Below, one piece after another: positions 9,616-18,625 of a stretch of 41,546 bases of DNA. The stretch covers positions 1 to 41,546 of the IMG/VR virus record IMGVR_UViG_3300035684_000007. The stretch is one strand, 5' to 3'. This stretch comes from a virus. The first letter of the stretch is position 1. Every line of letters begins with the position of its first letter. Made by a program: the position numbers and the translations under genes. The notes under the pieces were generated by a model. That model was not told the DNA's origin, searched no databases, and saw only the letters and a list, made by a program, of their open reading frames with translations.

Positions 9616-10158
9616 ATGTGTTCAGTACCAGGAGCAATCATCGGCGGATTGCAGTTGGCCGGTAGCGCCATGAGCGCTTACGGCGCGTACAAAGAGGGTC
9701 GGGCCAAGGAAGACTATTACAACGCAGTCGCTGAGACCAACGATTCCCAGGCGAAGGAAGTTCTTAAATCTGGCGTCGCAAACCAGACGCTGATCCAGGA
9801 TCAAGCGCTGCGGGACACCGTGACCATCAAGCAGCACGGCAAGCAAGTCTCTGCCGGTCAACGTGCTTCCATGGCAGCCAATGGGGTGGCTCTTAGCTCA
9901 GCCACTGCGGAAGACGTCCAGCGTGATGTTTTTACCCAGGAGAAGCTCGATGAGCTTGCGATCCGTTATTCGGCCGACCAAAAGACGCGTGAGATCGGTG
10001 ACTCGGCGAGCTTCCAAGCCAAGGACCTCCGAAAGCAGGCTCAGCTGAACCGGCAATCCGCACGGGAGGCTCGTCAGGCGGGTGCCTTCAACCTCGGTGC
10101 GACGCTACTGGGGAGTGCAGGTGCTGTTGGGTCTAGTTGGTATGGGAAGAAATCGTAA
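9616..10158 (+). CDS. Internal virion protein B (T7 gp14-position), membrane-active
   Basis: I start it at the ATG at 9616, which has an AAGAGGA ribosome-binding site, rather than the tracked 9517. It has hydrophobic G/A-rich N- and C-terminal segments (IIGGLQLAGSAMSAYGAY; AFNLGATLLGSAGAVGSSW) around a polar core. Confidence 0.55.
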   Translation: MCSVPGAIIGGLQLAGSAMSAYGAYKEGRAKEDYYNAVAETNDSQAKEVLKSGVANQTLIQDQALRDTVTIKQHGKQVSAGQRASMAANGVALSSATAEDVQRDVFTQEKLDELAIRYSADQKTREIGDSASFQAKDLRKQAQLNRQSAREARQAGAFNLGATLLGSAGAVGSSWYGKKS

Positions 10159-10176
10159 GCAGTAGAGGTAAGTAGT

Positions 10177-11985
10177 ATGCCAAGAGTTCCAGTATACGAC
10201 AGGCAGGCCCAGGTCAAAACGACCGAAGTCGGGACACGGGTCATCAGTAAGCCCCAGCCCATGGGGACCGAAATGGCGGAAGCCGCGGGCCGAGCAGGTG
10301 CCGCCCTGATGAACACAGGCAATGTGCTTGCCCAGCATATGGCCGAGCGCCAGAAGATCGAAGATGAACGCCAAGTCATGGAGCGTGACACGGCCGCCAG
10401 AACCGAGCTTCAAGACCGTCTTTACAAGCAAGATGTCGACGAGAATGGGAGGCCAGTAGGCTTCCTGAATCGCCAGAAGAACCATGCTACCGGATTAACA
10501 CCCGAGTTTGATCAGACCTTCCGCGAGCTGAAGCAGAAGTACGTGGGCTCGCTTGCGAACGATACTCAGAAGCAGCTCTTCTCGAAGATGATCGACAACC
10601 ACTATGAAGGGCTTCGCGGCACAGTAATCCGGCACGAGGCGGAGCAGGGGAGAGAGCTCTTCAAGGAGACGGTTTCCTCCGCAGTCAAGCAGCGCATCTC
10701 CGAGGCCGCGACCATCTCGGATCCAAGCCTCCTTCTGAAAGCGATCGACGACGCCCAGGGGCTTCAGACCGGGGGCCTCAAGCGAATGGGGTCGCAGGAC
10801 GATGTCGTGGGCGCTCACAACCAGGTCCTCGCAGGCGAGCTTGTGAAGTCCTCGTTCGGACCACTCCTGTCTCAAGACTACCGGAAGGCCGAGGCCGTCT
10901 TGAACGCCGCACGCTCCCGGGTCCCGGCCGATGTTGCAGCCGAGATGGACAAGGCGCTCGAAGGTCGGAAGCTTGAGGACGAGAGGGTTTCCACCTGGAA
11001 GCAGGTCGCAGGCCACCGCCTGGCCGACGGAACGCCTGACACGAACCGGATGCAGAACTCCATCTTTGCGCGTGAGGACCTCACGACCGAAAAGAAAGAG
11101 AAGCTCTGGGATTATGTGAAGGTTCGGGCCGCCGAAGAGAACCAGCAGAGAAAACAGCAGGAGGTGGCCACAGACCACTCCTTCAAGAACGAAGTCTTCG
11201 CCGCGAAGAAGGGGGGAGCGAACCTTGATGCTGCCCTAAAGCTTGTCTCCAAGTACGGCGGCGACGAGGTGGCTCAACAAGAGCGCACCGAGATCGTCAA
11301 AGCGCTCTACACCACGAAGACGATCACTGATCCGGTCACCTACAACAAGCTTTGGGAAGGTGTTCAGGAAGGCAAAATGGGGAAAACCGAGCTCAACGTC
11401 GCTTTCGCCCAAGGCAAGATCTCCTCGTCTGATTTCATGGAGCTCACGAAGACTGGCTACAACGCTCTCCATAAGGAAGATGAGTTCTACAAAAAAGAGA
11501 TCATCGACCGCGTGAAGGACCTCGCGCAAACCGAGTACGGATCGAACGAGAAGAAGCGGAATGGTTTCCTCTATTCGGTCCTCATCAGCTCCCGAGGCAA
11601 GACACCTGAGGAGACCTGGAAGATCGCGCAGGACTTGACCAAGAATGACCCGAGCACGGGCGCGTTCTCCTTCACCCAAGATGCCCAGTGGGAGACGAAT
11701 GTGAAGCGTTCGGACGCTCAGAATCTCGTGTGGGGGAAGCTCCACCAGGACATCGGCCAGGACCAGGTGAAGGCTATCGGCCAAAGCGCACTCATGACTG
11801 GGAAGAAGACCTGGGGAGTCTCGGACGTCGAAGAGTTTGCAACTGCCTTGGGCGGCTACGAAAAGCTCAAGAAGGGTACGCCCGAGAACACCGCGATCGA
11901 CTCCCTCGTTCGCAAAAACAAGCAAGTCACCCCTGAGGCCGTCAAAGCGGTTCTCAAAGTACACCCGGACGGAGTCTGGAAATGA
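10177..11985 (+). CDS. Internal virion protein C (T7 gp15-position)
   Basis: The 602-aa, largely helical and charged ORF lies between the gp14-like and gp16-like genes. The assignment rests on synteny only. Confidence 0.5.
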   Translation: MPRVPVYDRQAQVKTTEVGTRVISKPQPMGTEMAEAAGRAGAALMNTGNVLAQHMAERQKIEDERQVMERDTAARTELQDRLYKQDVDENGRPVGFLNRQKNHATGLTPEFDQTFRELKQKYVGSLANDTQKQLFSKMIDNHYEGLRGTVIRHEAEQGRELFKETVSSAVKQRISEAATISDPSLLLKAIDDAQGLQTGGLKRMGSQDDVVGAHNQVLAGELVKSSFGPLLSQDYRKAEAVLNAARSRVPADVAAEMDKALEGRKLEDERVSTWKQVAGHRLADGTPDTNRMQNSIFAREDLTTEKKEKLWDYVKVRAAEENQQRKQQEVATDHSFKNEVFAAKKGGANLDAALKLVSKYGGDEVAQQERTEIVKALYTTKTITDPVTYNKLWEGVQEGKMGKTELNVAFAQGKISSSDFMELTKTGYNALHKEDEFYKKEIIDRVKDLAQTEYGSNEKKRNGFLYSVLISSRGKTPEETWKIAQDLTKNDPSTGAFSFTQDAQWETNVKRSDAQNLVWGKLHQDIGQDQVKAIGQSALMTGKKTWGVSDVEEFATALGGYEKLKKGTPENTAIDSLVRKNKQVTPEAVKAVLKVHPDGVWK

Positions 11986-14900
11986 GCGACATATTGAATC
12001 AGCTTCCTGATGCGGTCTTCCCAGCTGAGGGCCAGCTTGCGCAGGCCCAAGTTCAGGATCCAGGCCCGTCTCTCGACAGCTTACCTGACCTGGAGAGCCC
12101 GTTGAGCCAGGCCTACCGCGAGTCCGCCAAGATGGATCCCGCTCGTGCGGCCCAGGTGATGGACCTCGCCAAGAAGATCAACGAGCCTGAAGCTTTCGTT
12201 GACCGCAACTTGCCTGAGCTCCAGAAGGCGGTCTCTGCCCCGAGCTCCGCCTTTTGGCAGGAATATGAGCGTGAGCATCCGGAAGCTGCGAAGTTTCTGA
12301 TGGATCGCCGGAACATGGTGGTCGCGCAGGACGACTTCGACAACTTGGGGAAGCTCGAGAGCTACATCAAGCAGATGAGCACAGGTCTGCGGAAGGGGAA
12401 CCTTGAGGCCCGCCAAGCCGAGCTTTGGGCCGAACGATTGGCTGAAACCCGGAAGTCAGGAGTACTCAGTTCCAAGTTTGATGCTGAGCTCCAGTCTTTG
12501 AGTAAGGAGCTTGAGCCCTTCGCGATGCTCGATGAGAAAGTCGGGAAGGGCTTCCACCCTCTCTATCAGTTCAGCGCCCAGGTCCCTAATATGACCCGCT
12601 CGCTGTTCAAGTTTGGAGCAGGCGAAAGCCTTTCGGACTTGCCGGGGCCTGCACTTGTACGCGGCGCTCAAGGTGCTGCCGCGGGGGCCGCCGCAGGCGC
12701 TGCCGTAGGGGCCGCTACGGGTTCAATCGCCCTTGCTCCAGGGGTGGCCATCGGAGCCGGTGCTCTCGCTTCCACGGGGGCTGCAAACGGGGGGAGAGTG
12801 GGTGCCGTCGCGGGCTTGGCCGAGTACGCCTACCAGCTCGAGGCCGGCAACGCTTTCCGGGAATATTCCGCAGCGCGCGATGTGAGTGGTGCGTCAATTA
12901 ATCCGCAGGTTGCTGCGGATGCTGCCCATACGGTCGGCATGGTCAACGCGGCGCTTGAAACCGCAGGCGACCTGCTCCTCATGAAGGTCCTGAAACCTGT
13001 CGGCAAGCTGGCGGGCGGCATGGCGAGTGACGCTGCTGTCAAAGCACTCACGAAGATCAAGGTCCCCGGCGCTGAGAAGATCGCGTCCGCCATCGCGGCC
13101 CGGCCTGAGCACTTCGCTGGCATGACCCTGGGCAAGGCGGTCCGTGAAGCCGGCAAGCTCTGGGCGCTTGGGATGGTAGGGGAGATTTCGACCGAATTCG
13201 CCCAGGAGGTCTCAACCGGCATAGGAGCTGAGTCCGCCAAGGCGAGCTCAGGCCAGACCTTTGCCGATGGCAAGGGCATGGCTCAGATTCTGGACGACGC
13301 TACCGGCGTCATCTACCCCACCTTCCAGGCAATGCTTATCCCAAGCGGATTGGGCGGCGGCGCGCGCGTCGCCCTCTCGGTCCGCGAGATCAAGCGCGCG
13401 GAGCAGACTAAGGAGATCTATACCGCCCTGGGCGCCTCCGCCGAGGCCTCGAAGGTCCGCGGGCGCCTGCCGGAAGTCCATCGCCAGTTCGTCGAACAAG
13501 TCACGAAGGGCTCTCCGGTTGAGAACATCTTCATCCCGGCCCAAGCCTTTGAGACCTACTTCCAGTCCAAAAAGCTCGATCCCAAGGAAGCAGCAGCCGA
13601 GCTCGGGGTGGGGGAGGACTTTGAGACCGCGCGGGAGACCGGGGGTGACCTGAAAATTCCCCTTTCGGTGTTCACCGAGAAGGTCGCCGGCACCGAGCAC
13701 CACCACGGCCTGGCCGATGATGTGAAGTTCTCCCAGGAAACCCTATCGGTGAACGAAGCCAAGCAAACCAAGGCGGATGCCGAAGCCCGTGTTGAGGCGG
13801 AGTTCGCCAAGCTCGTTGAAGCTGCTCCCGAGCACGAGAAGCAGCAGCAGGAGTACGACACGCTCAAGGCCCGTGTCAGGAGCGAGATCGAGTCGGCTAA
13901 GCCACGGGAGATGTTGCCCGACGACGAGAAGGAGTACCATCAGCAGCTCGACGCCCAGGCTGAGCTCATTGCCAAGATCACTGCGATCGAAGCCTTTCGT
14001 CGGTCTCAGAATGGGGATCAGGTGACGGCCACCCAGCTCTACGATGCCCAGCGAATCCAATGGCAGAACGAGGGCGGTGCCCTCAGCTCGAGCCTGCCCT
14101 CACGGACCCTTTTCCAGAAAAGGCAGGATGGCCTCAGCTTCGTGAAGAATGACGAGGTCGACCAAACTGAGCACGAGCTTCCCATGTCAGTTGCAGTCAC
14201 GACCAACGATCAGGTTCAACCCATCGACATCAAGGCGCCAAACCCGGCTCTGGAGAAGGTCCTGACCGCACGAACGAAGCGCGGACGCTACCTCAATGAG
14301 CACACCAAGATCTCCATTACCGTCAACGAAGATTCAATCGGTAAAGTCTTGAGCCAGGGCGCGAAGTTCATCAAACGAAAGAGCGATACGGCTTTCCGTG
14401 AGCACCTTCAAACCCTCCAGTCGATTGATGCGCTAGTGAAGAATGCGGTCTATCTGACGACGAAGTCAGAGAAGAAAGGCCGCACGACTGAGCAGTGGCT
14501 CTACTTTTTCGCCCCTTTGAAAGAAGGCAATGTCGAGTCACTCGTTAAGTTGCAGGTAAAGAAAGAAGGGGAGAAATACACTCTCCACAATATCGCGAGA
14601 GTAAGAGAATCCGGCAGAGGTAGGGCTAAAACCCTGGTCGGACAAGAAGCCAACTCCATCCCTGCCGGGCCCTTAGATTTACTCGAGTTTTCGTCCCGCG
14701 TCAAGGCTGCCCGCGAGACCTATACCTTCTTCCAGGATGACCAGGATGATGCCTATGGCCGGATCCAATTCGGCCCTAATGGCCCAATTGTCACCCTATT
14801 CCGGAAGGCGCATGCTTCAACCCCTGTTCATGAGTTTGCCCATGCGTACCTGAAGGACGTATTCGACTACGTCCGTTCGCATCCAGAGAAGCTCTCGGCC

Positions 14901-17900
14901 GACTACCAGGCTCACTGGAAGCTCATCGTCGACTACCTGGGGATTGAGGAAGGCCAGACGGCCCTCACTGAGGAGCAACAGGAGCGGTTCGCCCACGGCT
15001 TTGACGACTACCTTCAAAAGGGGGAGGCCCCTTCCGAAGCGCTCAAGCAGGTCTTCACCCGGTTCAGGCGCTGGCTCACTGCAATCTACCGTAGGGTCAA
15101 GCAGGAGAACCTCCCAATCGATCCGCGCGCCAAGGCGATCTTCGACCGCATGCTTGCGACCGAAGACGAGATCCAGGCCGCTGAGGCTTCAGCCGGACGT
15201 GCAAAGCTTCAGGACAAGGTCGAAGGGCTTACTGAGGCAGAGGTGAAGCGCCTCTCGAAGCTCCAGGAGCGGGCCCACGAAGAGGCCATCTCCCTCCTGA
15301 TGAGGCGCCAGCTTGAGGAGCTCAAGGAGGAGCGGAAGGAGTTCCTGGTCCTGAAGCGTACTGAAGCTGAGAAAGAAGCCAAGCAAAAGACCGCAGCGCT
15401 TCCGATCTACAAGATTCAGGACGAGCTAAAGAGAAGGATGAAGACGAGTCAGAGTGCTCGCTCCATTGCGCAAGCCTACTCCAAAGGGAAGCTCACCGAG
15501 GAGCGCCAGGTCCAGTTCGAGCTCCATGCCGAGCTCTCCGGATACTCCTCGGGTGATCACCTGGCAAAAGCCATCCTGGACTCCGAGCGCTTCAGTGACG
15601 TGGTTGCTCAACGCGTCCGAGAAGAGATGGCAACCTATGCCGATCTCAAGGACACGAGCGCCCTTCGGGAAGAGGCTCTAAAGGCCATCCACAACGAACG
15701 CTCCTATGAGCTCATGGCACTTGAAAGCGAGATCCTGGAAAGCCTCGTGAAGGGCGAGGAGACCCGTGCTGAAGCCAAAGCGCGTCGGGTGGAGGAAGCC
15801 AAGATCGAGGCTGCGGCGATTAAGGCCAGGGCCAAGGAGCTTATGTGGAAGCTCAATGTCCGGGGGGCGACCGCCCATGGACCGCTCATCACGAGCGAGC
15901 GTCGCGCGGCCGAAGGGGCTGCCAAGGCTCTCGCCAAGAAGGACTTTGAGCGGGCCGCGGCGCTCAAGCGCCAGCAGATGCTCAACCACGCGCTCGCCCA
16001 AGAGAGCCTCAAGATCAAGGCCAAGGTCGAGAAGTGGACCGACTACCTGAAGGATCTCAGGTCTCGCCACTTGGAGGCCTTCAAGAAGGAAGAGCACTTC
16101 TACCAGGCGGCCGAGATTCTCTCCCACTTGGGTATGGGTCGGAACGATTATGATCCGACTCGCAGGACCGAATCCTTAAGGCAGTGGGCCGAACGGATGG
16201 AGGCGCAGACCAACATCCTAAACATCCCAGACTGGGTCTTCGAAGAGGGCAAAATTCGGGATCACAAGGAGCTCACCGTTTCTGAGCTTCAGGACGTGAT
16301 CAACACGCTCAAGAACATTATGAAGGTTGCCAACTTCGAAGACCGCGCCTTGGTCATCGCTGAGGGTGCCACCATGGAGGATATTAAGACGCGCCTTCGG
16401 ATGGAGTTTGCTCTCTCCCAGCGTGGCAAGGAGCCTCGAGCCCAGCGCATCGGAGCGGCAACTCCTGTGGACCGCATCAAGCGCATGGGTTCAAAGTACC
16501 TGCTTTCACTCATCCGGGTGCAGAACTTGCTCAGGGGCATGCAGGGGTTCCGTGAAAACGGGGCCTTTACCGAGGTGCTCGAAAAGCCTGTGGATGCGGC
16601 TGCCGACCACGAGAGCAAGCTCATGGTGTGGGCTACCGAGGGCCTCAAGAAGGCCTTTAGCATCTACTCCGCGAAGGAGCAGCAAGAGCTCCTGAATCGT
16701 CAGGTCTACCATCCGGAACTGGGGAGCTCAGTCCCCAGGATGACCCTGATCATGATGGCCCTGAACCTCGGGAACGAGGACAACAAGACGAAGCTCTTTG
16801 GGACAAAGCCTGTCGGCGTGCCTGAGGAGATGGAGTGGAACGACATTGTGGGCATGGGGCTCCTCCAAAGGGGTCTCACTGAGAAGGACTGGGAGTTTGT
16901 TCAGTCCGTCTGGGATCTCATCGGGGAGCGCTGGGAGGACATTTCCTCCCTCCATCGCCGCATGACGGGATTTGCGCCAGGGAAGGTCGCAGCCGTGCCC
17001 TTCAACGTGAGGCTTTCGGACGGCAAGGTCCTCACCCTCAAGGGCGGCTACTTCCCGCTTAAGCAGGATCCTCGTGGGAACCGAAAGGCCAACCTTCGCG
17101 AGGCGCTCGATACGCCGCTTTACACGGAGCAGAACCCTGGCTGGAAGGCAGTGACCAAGACGGGCCATACCAAGGAACGAACGGGAGCCCAATACGCAGT
17201 ATCCCTGGATCACTCGATCATCTTCCGCCACCTCCGCGACGTGATTCATGACATCGCCTTTCGCGAGGTCGTCACCGATCTCAGGCGCCTAGTCGCAAGC
17301 GAAGAGGTCGCAGCCATGGTCGTCCAAGCTCATGGCGAAGACGGCTATCAGATCCTGAACGAATGGGTGAACTCGGTTGCAGTCGGCCAGGCTTCGAACG
17401 TGACTGACGTCTTTGGCCAGGCCATTGCGGAACTCAGGAAGAGGACCACTGCCGCCATCCTGACCTGGAGGATCTCGAATATCGTCCAAAACTTCGCAAA
17501 CGTCGCTCTCTATGCCAACGCCGCTGAAGGCTTTGGGCAAAAAGAGGTCTTCTCGGCGATGCTGGGCCGCGGCCTTCCGTACTGGGCGAACTTCTTTGTT
17601 AACCAGGCCGAACACCAGGTCATGAAGAACTTCGTCTTTGAGCGCTCAGCCTTCATGCGCGACAAGCATTCGAACCCGGATTTCTCATTTGCCGAGCTCC
17701 AGGGGAGCGTCTTCCGGGAGCGCGGGCCCATGCGTGAGATTCTGGCCGAGAAGCTTGGCCAAGACTCCAAGGTCGTCGAGGCGCTTGATCTTGCTGCCGA
17801 CAAACATGAAGCTATCCAGGAGTTTGGAAAGGGACTTGCGGCGGGAACGGACGAAGCCACCTCCATCCCAATCTGGGTTCATGCCTACAATCTCGCGCTC

Positions 17901-18596
17901 GATCGAAACTTCGAGCATGAGGAAGCCGTCCAGTACGCAGACTCTGTCATCAAGAACTCCATTGGATCGGGGCGAAAGTATGACGCCCCGTCCATCCAGC
18001 GGGGAGGGGAGACTGCGAAGCTCGTCTCCATGTTCATGACTTTCCTCAATGCCGAGTTCAACCGCTGGTATCTGGAGGCCGGCAAGGCAACCGTTGGGAG
18101 CCGAGGCGCAATCCGTGCTGCTGGAAAGCTTGCCATGAGCCCCAGGTTCCTTGGGTTCCTCGCAAGCCGCATCATCATCTTCAACGTGGCGTCTCTTCTG
18201 ATCTCTGGGAAGGGTCCGGACGAAGGAGAAGACGAACTCAAGTGGTGGCTCAAGCAGGCGGTCTTTTACCCGATTAGCTTCTTTCCGGGCGTTCGGGATG
18301 TGGCTGATGTGGCGCTCGATCAGCTCTTTGGTCTCAGGAGCTTTGGGTATCGTCCATCTGCAGCCGGCGCAGGCATCAATGCCGCAGTCGATTTCGGAAA
18401 GAGCGCCACGAAGTGGAGTGAGGGGAGTGAGGAGTTCTCGCGTGTTGCCGAGTCCTTCACGAAGCTCATGTCCTTTGCAGCCCCCTACCCAGATCAATTC
18501 AACGCTTGGCTCTGGAACGCCCACGACTATGTCACTGATGGGATGAAGCCAGCGCCTCAGGATCTCTATCGTCGCCGCCCTAAGAAAGAGCGGTAA
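11982..18596 (+). CDS. Giant internal virion / DNA-ejection protein (T7 gp16-position) with polyvalent-protein-like insert
   Basis: A single 6.6-kb ORF (2204 aa) starts with an ATGA overlap. It has G/A-rich hydrophobic segments near residues 225-290, an HEFAH zincin motif at 14829-14843 and long E/K/A/R coiled-coil tracts. It sits upstream of the tail fibre. Confidence 0.8.
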   Translation: MSDILNQLPDAVFPAEGQLAQAQVQDPGPSLDSLPDLESPLSQAYRESAKMDPARAAQVMDLAKKINEPEAFVDRNLPELQKAVSAPSSAFWQEYEREHPEAAKFLMDRRNMVVAQDDFDNLGKLESYIKQMSTGLRKGNLEARQAELWAERLAETRKSGVLSSKFDAELQSLSKELEPFAMLDEKVGKGFHPLYQFSAQVPNMTRSLFKFGAGESLSDLPGPALVRGAQGAAAGAAAGAAVGAATGSIALAPGVAIGAGALASTGAANGGRVGAVAGLAEYAYQLEAGNAFREYSAARDVSGASINPQVAADAAHTVGMVNAALETAGDLLLMKVLKPVGKLAGGMASDAAVKALTKIKVPGAEKIASAIAARPEHFAGMTLGKAVREAGKLWALGMVGEISTEFAQEVSTGIGAESAKASSGQTFADGKGMAQILDDATGVIYPTFQAMLIPSGLGGGARVALSVREIKRAEQTKEIYTALGASAEASKVRGRLPEVHRQFVEQVTKGSPVENIFIPAQAFETYFQSKKLDPKEAAAELGVGEDFETARETGGDLKIPLSVFTEKVAGTEHHHGLADDVKFSQETLSVNEAKQTKADAEARVEAEFAKLVEAAPEHEKQQQEYDTLKARVRSEIESAKPREMLPDDEKEYHQQLDAQAELIAKITAIEAFRRSQNGDQVTATQLYDAQRIQWQNEGGALSSSLPSRTLFQKRQDGLSFVKNDEVDQTEHELPMSVAVTTNDQVQPIDIKAPNPALEKVLTARTKRGRYLNEHTKISITVNEDSIGKVLSQGAKFIKRKSDTAFREHLQTLQSIDALVKNAVYLTTKSEKKGRTTEQWLYFFAPLKEGNVESLVKLQVKKEGEKYTLHNIARVRESGRGRAKTLVGQEANSIPAGPLDLLEFSSRVKAARETYTFFQDDQDDAYGRIQFGPNGPIVTLFRKAHASTPVHEFAHAYLKDVFDYVRSHPEKLSADYQAHWKLIVDYLGIEEGQTALTEEQQERFAHGFDDYLQKGEAPSEALKQVFTRFRRWLTAIYRRVKQENLPIDPRAKAIFDRMLATEDEIQAAEASAGRAKLQDKVEGLTEAEVKRLSKLQERAHEEAISLLMRRQLEELKEERKEFLVLKRTEAEKEAKQKTAALPIYKIQDELKRRMKTSQSARSIAQAYSKGKLTEERQVQFELHAELSGYSSGDHLAKAILDSERFSDVVAQRVREEMATYADLKDTSALREEALKAIHNERSYELMALESEILESLVKGEETRAEAKARRVEEAKIEAAAIKARAKELMWKLNVRGATAHGPLITSERRAAEGAAKALAKKDFERAAALKRQQMLNHALAQESLKIKAKVEKWTDYLKDLRSRHLEAFKKEEHFYQAAEILSHLGMGRNDYDPTRRTESLRQWAERMEAQTNILNIPDWVFEEGKIRDHKELTVSELQDVINTLKNIMKVANFEDRALVIAEGATMEDIKTRLRMEFALSQRGKEPRAQRIGAATPVDRIKRMGSKYLLSLIRVQNLLRGMQGFRENGAFTEVLEKPVDAAADHESKLMVWATEGLKKAFSIYSAKEQQELLNRQVYHPELGSSVPRMTLIMMALNLGNEDNKTKLFGTKPVGVPEEMEWNDIVGMGLLQRGLTEKDWEFVQSVWDLIGERWEDISSLHRRMTGFAPGKVAAVPFNVRLSDGKVLTLKGGYFPLKQDPRGNRKANLREALDTPLYTEQNPGWKAVTKTGHTKERTGAQYAVSLDHSIIFRHLRDVIHDIAFREVVTDLRRLVASEEVAAMVVQAHGEDGYQILNEWVNSVAVGQASNVTDVFGQAIAELRKRTTAAILTWRISNIVQNFANVALYANAAEGFGQKEVFSAMLGRGLPYWANFFVNQAEHQVMKNFVFERSAFMRDKHSNPDFSFAELQGSVFRERGPMREILAEKLGQDSKVVEALDLAADKHEAIQEFGKGLAAGTDEATSIPIWVHAYNLALDRNFEHEEAVQYADSVIKNSIGSGRKYDAPSIQRGGETAKLVSMFMTFLNAEFNRWYLEAGKATVGSRGAIRAAGKLAMSPRFLGFLASRIIIFNVASLLISGKGPDEGEDELKWWLKQAVFYPISFFPGVRDVADVALDQLFGLRSFGYRPSAAGAGINAAVDFGKSATKWSEGSEEFSRVAESFTKLMSFAAPYPDQFNAWLWNAHDYVTDGMKPAPQDLYRRRPKKER

Positions 18597-18625
18597 GTCA
18601 GTAACGTTTTACAAGGATGTAAAAG

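Noticed and set aside
10495-11964. Minus-strand ORFs of 227 and 242 aa inside the gp15-position gene, and similar ones (for example 17685..18524 and 16728..17249) inside the giant ORF
   Set aside because: They are antisense shadow ORFs within long, uninterrupted, syntenic plus-strand genes. Their composition is leucine/arginine-rich, as expected from reverse-complemented GC3-rich codons.
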